Program-made: the position numbers and the translations under genes
In this document: positions 1-11,888 of the stretch, piece by piece
Layout of the letters: every line of letters starts with the position of its first letter
How positions within the stretch are numbered: the stretch's first letter is position 1
The notes under the pieces: generated by a model
What the model was told of the DNA's origin: nothing
Databases searched by the model: none
The model's input: only the letters and a program-made list of their open reading frames with translations
Source of the DNA: Magallana gigas
Lineage: Eukaryota
Direction: 5' to 3'
Assembly: GCF_963853765.1 (NCBI RefSeq)
Contig: NC_088857.1
Coordinates: 5,952,001-6,016,000, forward strand
DNA: 64,000 nucleotides

Positions 1-789
1 CCCTCCGATTTTCAATGTTCTAGTGAAGAAATTGCAAAATAATTTTGGCTGGAATATAAAGAAGCCTCTGTACTTTCAATTCCAATGACTTGGTCACCTT
101 TACCCTCGTCTAGATGGTAAAGGGTGTGCAGTAATCTTCAACCAAATACTTGAGGTCAAGGTCATAGCAAACTACTGTGAAAATTATGTTTAGAGGAAAA
201 AGACGTCACCAGTAATAAGACAAAAAAGAAAGTACCTAAATCAAAAACTTAGAAGATCTATTACCGATCGTATTTACAAACTTATCACAAATGAAGTCAT
301 TATATTAATAAGAGTACACAATAAAACTAGAGTATTAAATATCATCAAGTTTAACTAACGTCCTTTGATAATGGCGTACAACGCAAACCTGTCAATAAGT
401 ATCATCTATACATGTCGCAAATTAGTTAAGGTAAACAACTGCTGATGTAAGATTAGCCCACTTTAAGCATAATCTAATACTTATATTTGCCTTACAAATC
501 AAATTTCGTTAGAAAACTCACAAAACAATAACTGTTTCAAAAATGGTTTTATTACACCATATACGTTGTATATACACAATGACTGTGCCAACAAAAGCAT
601 GTAAATATAAATTGATAAGTCAGAGACAAATCAAATAGAATAACAAATACATGCAAGTGATAGTCGGTACATGATTGTTTCAACATATACTTAGGATTCC
701 GACGAATGCTTAGTTGTGAATAGTAAGGTACTGAACGTTTTTGTTCAACATAAAAAAACATGTCTCAAAGCTTTTACACCCACAAAAAG

Positions 790-1447
790 TCAACCGAACA
801 ATAAAATAAAATCAAAGTACTGATGAACTGACGGGAGTTGAATTTGTCGAATTTGATTTATTTTAAAATCAATGAAATGTTATTTTGCATGACAAGTACA
901 TGTAGTTTCTAATTTGAATTACGCACATTTTTATAATATGAATTTTTGGACTTTTTCGACAAGAATGTCGAGAAACCCCCATATGAATCATGTTAAATAA
1001 TATTTTAAGAAAAAATTAATTCAATCAAGTTATGTATCAGTAATAGAAATATTTCTCGAAAAATGTATGGATCCAAGCAATATTGAACTCTAGTCTCGTT
1101 CAACCAAACGCACGGCTGACACCGTAAATCTCCGACAAGGATTTACGGAGACAGCTGAGTGTCGAGTTGAACGAGACTATATTGAACTCTGGCGTAGGAA
1201 TACATACGACTACAAAAAATATTTAAATTGTCCGTACCATTTAAAATCTGGCTATTTTCAAGGTATTTATAAATAAGTTTCCTTGAAATACAAGGCTTTA
1301 GCATACATTACATCGAATTTATCAATTATTTTCAAGAACTAAGTCTTGTCAGCAACAATGATTTGTGCTGAGGTCCAAACACTGTTTCACTTTCGGTTTG
1401 TCTGAGTAACTGCATAGGAGAGTTGATTAAAATCAACTCCCAAAAAT
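790..1447 (-). mobile_element. Helentron/HINE-like non-autonomous element, family 1, copy A
   Basis: Absent at the equivalent site of unit B (about 12650). Subterminal inverted repeats GGGAGTTGA / AATCAACTCCC, a local hairpin GGAGAGTTGATTAAAATCAACTCCC and an A/T-run end. Related copies at 6580-7500 and 17206-17880. The Helentron label is inferred from structure. Confidence 0.75.
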
Positions 1448-1644
1448 TATATTACGATCTCTAACAGGCAAGTGCTAATGCAGTTTGATGTCAACAATGG
1501 TAACTAATGTATCATGCAAACATGTTCACGAAACGTTCACAAACCTTGCTCTTAATTGTAATGAACTAACAATATCATGAATAAATTACTATAGTGGTAA
1601 TCTTACGTATCGTGATAACATATTGGACAGTTTTTTCATGAACC

Positions 1645-4600
1645 TCAGTCAGACGATGAACTGAGAATAATCACGTAATACATCGTGATAAAGATAAACG
1701 TGAGGGCAAAAGAAAGGCCTCCCACTACGATCGAAATGTTGATCAATTGTCGTGCTTGGTCAGCTTGAGATCGAGCCGTCTCACTGTCTCCCATCTGATA
1801 GCTCTTTTTTGCCTGAAATTCACGTAATTTTAATTCATATATAAGAACCGCATATAAAAAAAAGATGTTATGACAAGAGATAATTTTAGCATCATTTGTT
1901 ACCATGGCTTTTCATATATATAATCGGTTAAAGTTATTTTTAGTTATTTTAATATCTTAAAAAAAACCAAAATTTTAAGAAATCCAATGTGACCACCAAA
2001 TGTTTGATTAGATCAAGATATGTAGAAAAAGCACACAAAAACGATTTCAATTCTTTTTTTATTTTATTTTCTAACTATGTGTTCTTTTGTTTGGTTTAAC
2101 TAACATACCTCTGAAGCGTTTAATAAGGCCCACAACCCCAGAGGCCAGCAACAGCAGAATAAGGCAAACAATGCTCTACCTGTGTAGTCTTCGTAGGGTG
2201 GGGGCACGTGGGTCATCGTCATTGCCTGTGGAGCAACCTGAAGTCAAGGTTTGAAAATCTTGTTAAACGTAATGAAAAAAATTATTGCTTTTATGCATTA
2301 TTTGCATTTAAATACCGCAAATACCAATTGTGCAATACACACACACAATCATTACAGTGACACTGCGCATCTGTTCACAAAGACCAACTTGCATTTGTTT
2401 CATAATATATAGTGTATTCGTGTATTCCCATATTGCACACATTTGATATTAGGTAAAAAATAATAGAAGTGAATTGTGTTTAGATAACAATTATAGTCTG
2501 GTTTTATTTTACCTGTATTTTTCAAATGCATTTCAAAGAAGAGTTAAGAGTATTATGCACATGTAACGTAGTGATGCACTTTTTTAAGATCGATGATTTA
2601 AAATATCTTAATTCTTTAAACTGTTCCTTTAAATTCATTTTATGATACAATAATATTGCTATGTTCAGCTTCTGAAACATACTATTCACTAGCTACTTGC
2701 ACTAATGAATTTACAATGTTAAAACTGGAAACTTAAAATTCATGTGAAAAACATTAGGATATCTTCCAAAATCTACTGTAACATTGTTCATGACAATACT
2801 AGTAACACACTTGTAAAAGTCAATGATTTTATTTATTCCACTGTGTGTGTCAAATTTGCTTTGCTTTTTGTAGCTCTTGAACTGGTATTAAACTAAAATC
2901 TAACAATTTACTATGATACAGACTATAACGATTCAGTAATTTACATACCTGGACAAATTCCTGTTTTCTATAATAGATTTTTAAATGTATGCAAAACGGG
3001 AACAAACCTGAAATATTTATTCTTTTATAGAACAATTAAACATAAAGACGGAAAGTAAATGGAGGATTAAGGTACATACAACATTCGTTGACCATGTTGT
3101 ATACTGTGTAGATTGTCCAATTCCATACCCTGAAACAACAATTAAATATAGAAAAAAAAAATAAAAGAAACACGATGATTTTTTTAATCTATTATCTTTA
3201 TTGCTCTTTTTATTCTTAATAAGAGAGAGTTAGAAAAATGGTACGATGCTATTTAATTTGAACGAGCTGGGTTTTGAATTATATCTCACCTTTCTTTTAT
3301 ATAATAATAATAATAACAATAATAATAATAATAATAGTTCATTTCCAATTTTGGGCCCAGAGGGCATACAAGATTACAGATATTAGATAGAAATGCCTAA
3401 AAGAGAGATTCTACATATTAAAAAAAGTCCATTCAGATACATGAACTTGTTTCTTTCTTTTATATGAAAGAGGCCTTTTTAAAAAGTAAGACTGTGATAA
3501 AAATAAACAAAAGGCCCATGGGCCACAAAGCTTACCTGAGCAACAATAGACATCCTGCATTGAAAGATTTTTTTTTTTAAATTCCAAATGTTCTTATGTT
3601 GAGCCCCTTTTGTAACTAGATGATTTCATATTTATATCAAGTATTGAGCATTGCCATTCTCAGAAAGATCATAAATAACTGTTCCAAAAAAAAAAATTAC
3701 ATCAAACTTTGAACCACTTGTGTATGGCCCAAGACTTATCAAGAGCCACAGTTTAAACAATTGAAAATAAAAAGTTGTCAATTTGCTTGCATATATTTGT
3801 TTTAGTATATACAATTTATTTTAGAATGATCAAATTTATTTAGTATGTCAATTTTTTCTTTGAAGATTTCGCTATATATATTACACTACCTAAAGATACT
3901 AACACACAAGTTACAGCTTTTCTGGTTAATTGATTTTCGAAAAGTAGATTTTTCTCCATACATTCTTATGTAAAGATTTGACCTCTATGGGCTTCACCTT
4001 ACCCCCGGGAATCATACGAAAGAAACTGGAATCTACGCTACCTGTAAGCTCAAGTGAGCTAAAAAGAGCTTCTGCACGTATATCAGGGGGAAAGTATGAG
4101 CTACTTTATGTCTACGTTATAATTCATATGAATCATAATTCATACAAATCCATATAAATACTAATAGTTTTAATAATATTTCAATAGAAAAAAAAACCGA
4201 GTTCCGATATACAATCAATGTCTGTGTATTATTTACCTTGTTCTTTACTTATTTTTTTAACCAATACTTTAAGTAGCTGCAGGACTGTAGCTCCCGGTCT
4301 GAAAAAATTCGGATGGACGACCTGGGAGCTACAGTGCCTCCCATAGTAAAAAACTGCAATTTACGGCGCACAAAAAATTGCGCTAAGTTTGGACTTATTA
4401 ACCTTATTTTCACACAAATTCTGTAAAAATAATTAGAACCATAAAATTCTTCAGCAAATGTACTACTGATATCATCACTTTACTTGCCTCAGACCTTCTC
4501 TTAAACATGATAACCGACCTCGGAAAATGAAGTATGTTAATTTACGTCGAGATCGAGAGTCGCCATTTTTAAATGTAAACAAACATGCACCACTTTAATT

Positions 4601-6235
4601 GACAGGGCTGGGGATGGTGTTTAAAAGAATATCAGAGGCAAGTGAAGTGACAATATCTGAAGTAAAATGTCCGAGGAATTTTTTGGGATTAAATATTTGT
4701 ACAGAATGTGATCGTAGATGAGATTAATCAGTCAAAACTTTTTTTTTGTGCGCTGTAAATTGCAGTTTTTTACTATGGGAGGCACTGTAGCTCCCAGGTC
4801 GTCCATCCGAATTTTTTCAGACCGGGAGCTACAGTCCTGCAGCTATGACTATTTCCAGATCATTTCAGCAATTATTAGAATTAAATATCCCGAGTGTGTA
4901 ATGGCCCAGACACAAATAAATCACTGTCAAAAAGATTTAAGGAGGCCGATTTGGGTTTTTTTGCGGAAAAACTACAATAGCAAAACTCTTTATTTTTAAA
5001 CCATATGTTATTTAAACCATCTCTACTTTATTTGCGAAGGTTCATGAAAATCGACCGTCTGGTTCTTTTTAGGGACCATCTCAAAATAGAGGTACATTTA
5101 CTATAGGAATATATAGGAAACTGTCATTTTCCGCACATCAAAGCAGTTTAAAAAAATACTACAATAGCTTTTTTTCTCAAATTGTTATATATGATTAGTA
5201 ATATCATTTCCTACCTTATATGTAAAAAACACAAAATTCTACCGTCTGGTTTTTAGTGGGGGCCATCTCAAAATATTAAAATGCACCAAATTTTGCTATA
5301 TATTTGGATCATCACGAATGATGATTGGTATAATGGATTCATTCCAAAAAGGAGGAAAATGTCCTCGAGGATAGCATCATTCTGTATTTAAAATTTCAAC
5401 AGCATACAATTTTTACTTTTTCTTTTATGTAATTTCTTATAACGTACTCCTACAAAGCTTCATTTTATCATAACGTCATAAAAGCGCAATGGCAATGCTC
5501 CCCTACCGCACAACGTAAAAATCGTGTTAAAAATCAAAATTTCCTTTAAAAATCTTAATATTTTTATCTGTATTTTGTTTATTGTGTTCGATTTTATAAA
5601 TGATATCGAAAAAAATTCATAAGAAGTATAAATCAACTGTATTTTATTAGAATGCGCAAAAACATGCGCAATGCAAACTAAAGTCGGCCTCCTTAAATTG
5701 AACCTTAATTAAGAACACAGAATTTCGAAATTTTGGTTAACGACATATCGAAATCCTCTTCGACACATCTTATCACATTAAGGACATTATGTAGACATTA
5801 CCTTACTTAACAATGATTTGTATGATGTTTTTGACATCAATTTAATTTCACGGCGTGTATAGATTTTAACTTGTTTACATAAAGTGCATATACTAAGTAC
5901 TATATGAGTTGTTAATGACGTATTTGACATCGTATTTCTGTACAATATTTGCTAATGGCTCGTTCAATTTCGTTTATTTTCAATTTTTGAAAATTCTGTA
6001 CAACATTAATGCTAAACGTTCTTTTAATTTTTGACAACGTTTTTGTCTAGTACTGACATATTGTGAAATCAGGTTAACTAAGCAGTGCATTGATAAATAC
6101 GATTTGTTAACAAACAAAATTATTAGGAAACTCTAAATAATTAAATTATTTTACAAAATAACCATTTATTTGTTCTTAATTTGAAAAATTGCTTACAACA
6201 TTAACATTTTCATACTCAGTTTTTTTACCTTCCAT
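1645..6235 (-). CDS. CD225/dispanin family membrane protein, copy 1 (about 117 aa)
   Basis: Exons 6235-6229 (ATG GAA G|gtaaaa), 3129-3080, 2237-2109, 1812-1645, all with GT-AG sites and phases 1/0/0. Translation MEGYGIGQSTQYTTWSTNVVAPQAMTMTHVPPPYEDYTGRALFALFCCCWPLGLWALLNASEAKKSYQMGDSETARSQADQARQLINISIVVGGLSFALTFIFITMYYVIILSSSSD. DY..A.F..CC.WP.G plus a C-terminal TM helix is the CD225 signature. The two 5' exons are less certain than the two 3' exons. Confidence 0.85.
3506..4065 (+). mobile_element. HINE-like family 2 element in dispanin intron 1 (also at 14585-15217)
   Basis: AACAAAAGGCCCATGGGCCAC..GCTTACCTGAG at the start and GCTCAAGTGAGCTAAAAA at the end (subterminal inverted motif plus short palindrome). 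Shared by both duplication units, so it predates the duplication. Confidence 0.6.
4276..4843. mobile_element. MITE with about 100-bp terminal inverted repeats and TA flanks (Tc1/mariner-type target)
   Basis: TA|GCTGCAGGACTGTAGCTCCCGGTCTGAAAAAATTCGG ... CCGAATTTTTTCAGACCGGGAGCTACAGTCCTGCAGC|TA. Absent from unit B (about 15432). Partial relative at about 34613. Confidence 0.85.
4941..5692. mobile_element. Non-autonomous DNA transposon with TTAA target duplication (Kolobok-like GG...CC ends)
   Basis: TTAA|GGAGGCCGATTTGGGTTT ... AAACTAAAGTCGGCCTCC|TTAA. Unit B has the empty site GATTTAAATTGAACC at about 15527. Confidence 0.9.
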
Positions 6236-6579
6236 GTTGATTTGAATTCCTGTATTACAAGACTGTTGACAATATTAAAACCCCGTCTTTAAAATACCCA
6301 AAAAAAAAAATTCCGATGTAGGTCAATATGTAGGTACTGAACCGCCCGCGATCATAGGCGTAGGAACCGGGGGGCTAGGGGGGGGGGGGGGGCTCAACTA
6401 TCTAAATTGCATTTATTTCACAGGTATGTGAATTTTTATTAAAAATCGTCCAAATGTGCTGCATAAATATCTTGTGACAGACTATAGTCTGTATTTGAAT
6501 TTCGCACATTTTATTATATGATTTTTTAGACATATTGAAAGATAGATTTCAAACTATGTATTAGTAAACAATTCTCATC

Positions 6580-7500
6580 AAAGTACTGAAGTACTGACGG
6601 GAGTTGATTTTATCGATTATCATTTATTCAAAATCAACGATATGTGATTTTGCATGGCAAGTAGTATCAGTAGTCGAAATATTTCTGAGAAATTGTATGG
6701 ATCCAGGCAAGATTGAACTCTTGTCTTGGCAACCAAACGCTCGGCTGTCTCCGTTTATCTCCCACAAGCAAGAGAGACTCTGTTTTGTCGGATATTAACG
6801 GAGACAGCCAAGCGTCTGGTTGAACGAGACTACATTGAACTCTAGCGTAGGAATACATACGACTTTAAACATATCTAAACCGTTTGTACAATTCAAAATC
6901 TTACTATTTTCATGGTATTAATAAATAAGTCTTCTTAAAAAACAATGCTTCAGAATACATATCATCGAATTTATTGATTATTTTCAAGAACTAAGTGTTG
7001 ATTTGTACATAGGTCCAAACACTGTTTCACTTTCGCTTTGCCCGAATGAGTGCATGGGAAAGTTGATTAAAATCAACTCCAAAAACTCGTATGGATCCAA
7101 GCACTATTGATATCGAACTCTAGTCTCGTTCAACCAGACGCTCGGCTGTCTGCGATAATCTCCGACAAGCAAGAGAGCCTCTCTGCTTGTCGAAGATTTA
7201 CGGAGACAGCCGAGCGTCTGGCTTAACGAGACTATATTACACTCTGGCGTAGGAACACATGAGACTACAAAAATATCTAAATTGTTCGTATTATATAAAA
7301 TCTGACTATTTTCAAAGTGCTTATAGATAAGTTTCCTTGAAAAGAAATGCTTCAGCATACATTACATCGAATTTTTCTACTATTTTCAAGATCTACGTCT
7401 TGTCAGCGGTGATGATTTGTGCTTAGGTCCAAACACTGTTTCACTTTCGGTTTGCCAGAGTAACTGCATAGGAGAGTTGATTAAAATCAACTCCCAAAAA
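6580..7500 (-). mobile_element. HINE-like family 1 element with an internal tandem duplication (two about 415-bp units)
   Basis: Starts CAAAGTACTGAAGTACTGACGGGAGTTGATTT. The terminal hairpin GTTGATTAAAATCAACTCC occurs twice (about 7065 and 7480). Confidence 0.75.
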
Positions 7501-9448
7501 TCATTTCATAAATTTTAGCAACACTCATAAGCCTTCAAGTACAGCAGTTCTCAATTTTTCAAAAATATTGACCGGGTACTTTATCCGAAACTTACCTTTG
7601 CTACCTTAGAATGTTGTTTAGTTTGACTAACGTATTATAATGGAAGAATATTTTCGATAACCTGAATTTACGTACCGCAGATTTCAATGTGTAAGCATTC
7701 TGTCTTACGGATCCAATTGAGGGTCAGCTCAAACTTAGTGATGACAAGTCCAGTATTTCTTTCTCAAGCGGTTTTATTAAGCGTGATCGTATAGTTACAA
7801 TTACATCAGCTAATAGCAGCCCAAATCAGGAGTCTCATAATCTCTATAAGCTGAATCTATCTCTAAATCTATCTAAATCTATCTGCTCAACATCATTTTA
7901 CATGGGTATATATAACATTTTACATATGATGGACAGTTCTGACTAGTTCGGCCCATTTACGCCGATCATGAGTGAACATTTCGTATTCAAAATTAAGATT
8001 GATATTTTATTTCTAAATAAAGTAACAAAACCGTCAAAACTGCCAATCAAAGAGTACGGATGCAGGATTTGAGTCTCCGAGTCCTGGGTCTCGGAGTCCC
8101 CCACCTAGTATGAGGCATCACTTACTCATAATACGTTCATTCATACACGGCATAAAAGGTTACAAAGGTTAATATATAGAATACACAATACATGAGTCAA
8201 TATAGAGTACTAGAGCTATCGTTGCAGACACAGAATCGCCAAATATGACACTTGTTTTTAAACTCTCAATTTGGATATTATTATGCCCGTATTATTCGCC
8301 TGGTTTAATAACATCATTTAGGAATACTACACAGTGCTACAAGAGTCACAGAGTTCATTCTGTTAATTATCATTAACACCATTCAGTGCGCAGCATCTAG
8401 GTACACATAAATATCATAGTGACCATTATGTAATACTAGCAATTCAAGGTCATAGCATGGCTATCTGTTTACAAATGACAGAGATTACCGTCGACTGCAA
8501 AAGTCAACAATTCTTTCTTGCAAACACCCATCAGTAAAAACAAATACAATTTTACATACAAAAACTTGATAATATTTGAAGTCATGATAAACTTATTACT
8601 TATGTACCATAATGTAAAGTAAAATCAGAGAGATAAACAAGCTATAAAGCTTAATAAATTAAATACATGAATCTGTTCTTCCAACAGAAATCTTATGATC
8701 TTCCTAGATAAAACGTTGTACATACATGTATACAGTTTAAGAACTTCGTTGCCGCCGTTGTTGTTGTTGTTATGTTAACAACAAAAACAGCGGAAACTAA
8801 GTTCTTTGAAATTTTGTCAGCACTAGCAATCTTTTTAAAAAAGTTTTTCACCAACACTGACGCTTGCTCCTCTCGTTTATGTTTCTGGTAGTGCGACATT
8901 GTCCATCAAAACACATACTTTGAGCCAAAAACTATCTTCGCATATTTGTCCACCTGTTTTTTCTTTAAATGATTTCTTTGCCTGCTGTAACATTTTTTTT
9001 CTTTAACATTAGGATATGATGGACTTTGCTTCATATGTCGTGGTATGTTATGTCCACCAGCAACGTCCCCTGGAATACAATTAAAACTTATTGTTCTATA
9101 AATAAATACGTCCTAATAGTAATATGAAAATTATAACGTGAATAAAATTCCTTGTCTGCTAAACTTTACATAAGTCACCGATATATTTTATCCTTTTTCC
9201 GGTGTAAACAATGGGAAAAAGCTACATGTAGTTCCTTACTACCTTATAACAGCAAAAGACATCTTTTTAGGCATACGTTTTACTGATATTTTACCAACTT
9301 TTAATGTCAAAACTAATCCATCAGAATGTCAATGTAATATGGAAGACTAGAATGATGTCATTGCTATAAAATGTAAAGATAAAGGATTAAAATTGAAAAT
9401 TAAACCTTATATGCTCAGTCTCCATTGAATTACTAGTAACTTTGATAT

Positions 9449-9451
<3 letters not shown>

Positions 9452-9507
<56 letters not shown>
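9452..9507. repeat. (GA)n microsatellite; also (GA)n at about 33181-33220 and (TA)n at about 38005-38090
   Basis: Direct inspection. Confidence 0.98.
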
Positions 9508-9512
<5 letters not shown>

Positions 9513-11888
9513 AACTGTAAAATTTTGATTTATATTTTAAATAATATGCTTTCGATCACAAAACTATTTGTTTAAAAATTTAAAATATATTTTTAAGAGA
9601 GTATTTGTATTTAAATCAATTTTATCAGATTATAATCTATGCAAAATACCTTAAGACGTGATGCTAATGATGGTATTCACCTACAGTGTGCATTTTATAA
9701 TTTAAAGAATCAAATCACTAATAAAAGCATATTTTTTTCTGGTATATATCAATGAATTTGATAACTGTTCTATCTTTTATTTTATGTTTGTTTTTACAAA
9801 CCAAAGCCTCCATTTCCTTTAGAAGAACTTTTGTTTTGGTGAAATTGACTTCTTTCATAATGTTGACCCAAATATGACCCCATGGCAAAAACAAATCAAA
9901 AACTTCTACTTGTATATTCTAGTATTACCTTTTATAATTATATTCTGCTATTATTTCACTAGCGCAAATCATTCTGCTCATTAAAGAGGATTTTAAAAGG
10001 TTTTTTTTATTTGTTTCTCTAATAAAATACCTATCGGATAATATTTTAACAAACGTAAATCAACCATATAAAGGAGGCCAATATAAAATGTACAGATTAC
10101 TAATCCATTGGTTCTTGATAAGAAGATTTTTTAAACCTCCTTTTTTCTTATTATTTATCCTTCTAATACATTCACACTGTCAGGTACATTTTGCAGACTT
10201 AATTGCCTTTTTATAAATGAAGAAAAATATCTTTGACTTCATGGGGATATCAATCGTTCTCTTTCAAATCTACCGTAAGTCCTATTTGATAAATAATTCT
10301 TGATAAAGAGAAATTTTTTACACAATGCTAAAACTTATTTCTGCATTTGAACCCCACACAAAAAATGTTTGTGGTTTTGAGGTGATACATGAAGCTATTA
10401 AGTTTATTACATTTACTAACAACCTTAGTGTGATTTTCTTGATTCTTCTAGACACTTCCTGCCTAAGAAAGTTAATATTTAGTATAAGCAATAAAAATGA
10501 AAATATCATATCGGCATAAAATAGAGGGAATAAAAAGTTGGTGATGGTCTCAAGGGGTTATACTTATGTCACTATGTCTTACCATTTAAAACCTTGAGTT
10601 AATGCCCAACTGTCTCACACAGGTTCTGCCAGCATATCCCTTGTCACACCTCCTCGCTGGTGACCCTGGAAATACTGCGGTAGCTGAGTGACAGTGGTGA
10701 GAGGCGAGCCTTCGACGCCTTTATATAGCTGGAACATGTAGACAGGGGAAGGAAACCCCAACAGAAAACCACCGACCCTCCAAGTCCAGGGGGTGCTGCA
10801 TGGCTAATCAACAGACAGTGTAAAACCTTTATGATTACGGACACCCAATCGGGCCTTTGGTGCCAGCGGGCTAGAAGAGGTTAGGTGAGATGTGGTGGTG
10901 ATAAAACAGAATGAACTTGGGAATTTTATTGATATTTTATACAGAATAAGCAGAGTAGTAGTAGAAGTCATTCTCTTTTATTGAGTACCAAGTACCCAGT
11001 AAACCATATATTAATTTTCAGACCGACATGGTCTTAAGGATAAAACTGAAGCACTGGCAAGCATATCATCCCATCATGACAAGAAACAACTTTGAAAGTT
11101 TTGCAATTTTCACACATAAAAATTTATTTTTCTCAGGTGAAATATGTAATTAAACCTTTCTGTTATCATTAGTACATTCATACATTATTAGAAATATTTT
11201 GATGATTATTCTAAAATGAATATGAGTTTGAAACATTACATTGCTTAACAAGGATGAAAAGTTGTAAATTCAAGTGCTTCGCTTATTTCAAACCTTGACC
11301 ATAAGCTTGCGCCCAAATTCAACACAGATTGCAATGTGATACATGTATCTTCTATGATAAACGTTTAGGTACAGTACATGTATATATACTGTATGCAGGG
11401 TTATTTTGTCCAGTGTAATTTTCGCCCTTTTACATTTGCAAACAGTTTCGCCCCGTCTTGAATTCGCTCAGACACAATTGTTTGTTAGAGAGAGATAATA
11501 TGATATATTGGAAATCGACCAGTCTAAAATTCGCCGGCTGACAGCGAGGGCGAAAGGGGAAAATAAAACGGGGCTGATATTACCTTGAAAAAAGCATGCG
11601 GACGTTTCTTAACGAACTGCACATTTTCTGTCAATTTTTCCTGTAACCCAATTTTTAATATATTTTTTTATATATTTCAAAACCTTTACTCTTTCTGAAG
11701 ATTAAATTCAGTTGAAGGCGCATCTGTTTCATCTAGAAAATGAAATTAAAATGTGATTACATATTTTGGGCTATTCCTAAAAAGCTAGCTCTGTAGACAT
11801 GTCACCATTTTCATTTGGCATGTAAACAATGACTCTTAATTAAGACATTTAGAGGAAATCAGATATAACAAATGAAAATCGTTCATTT

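Larger units (their letters stand above)
1..6353. repeat. Segmental duplication, unit A (contains dispanin copy 1), truncated by the window start
   Basis: Colinear high identity with 11889-16166 once the TE insertions present only in unit A are removed. Homology stops after GAACCGCCCGCGATC. Confidence 0.95.

Noticed and set aside
552-761. 69-aa ORF duplicated at 12418-12648
   Set aside because: Similarity reflects the segmental duplication; the two copies differ in start and frame at the 5' end and there is no recognisable domain.
10590-10990. GC-richer block with TATA-like and AATAAA-like motifs, possible solo LTR
   Set aside because: Motif order is inconsistent with U3-R-U5, and I found no clear TG...CA ends with target duplication and no second copy in the window.
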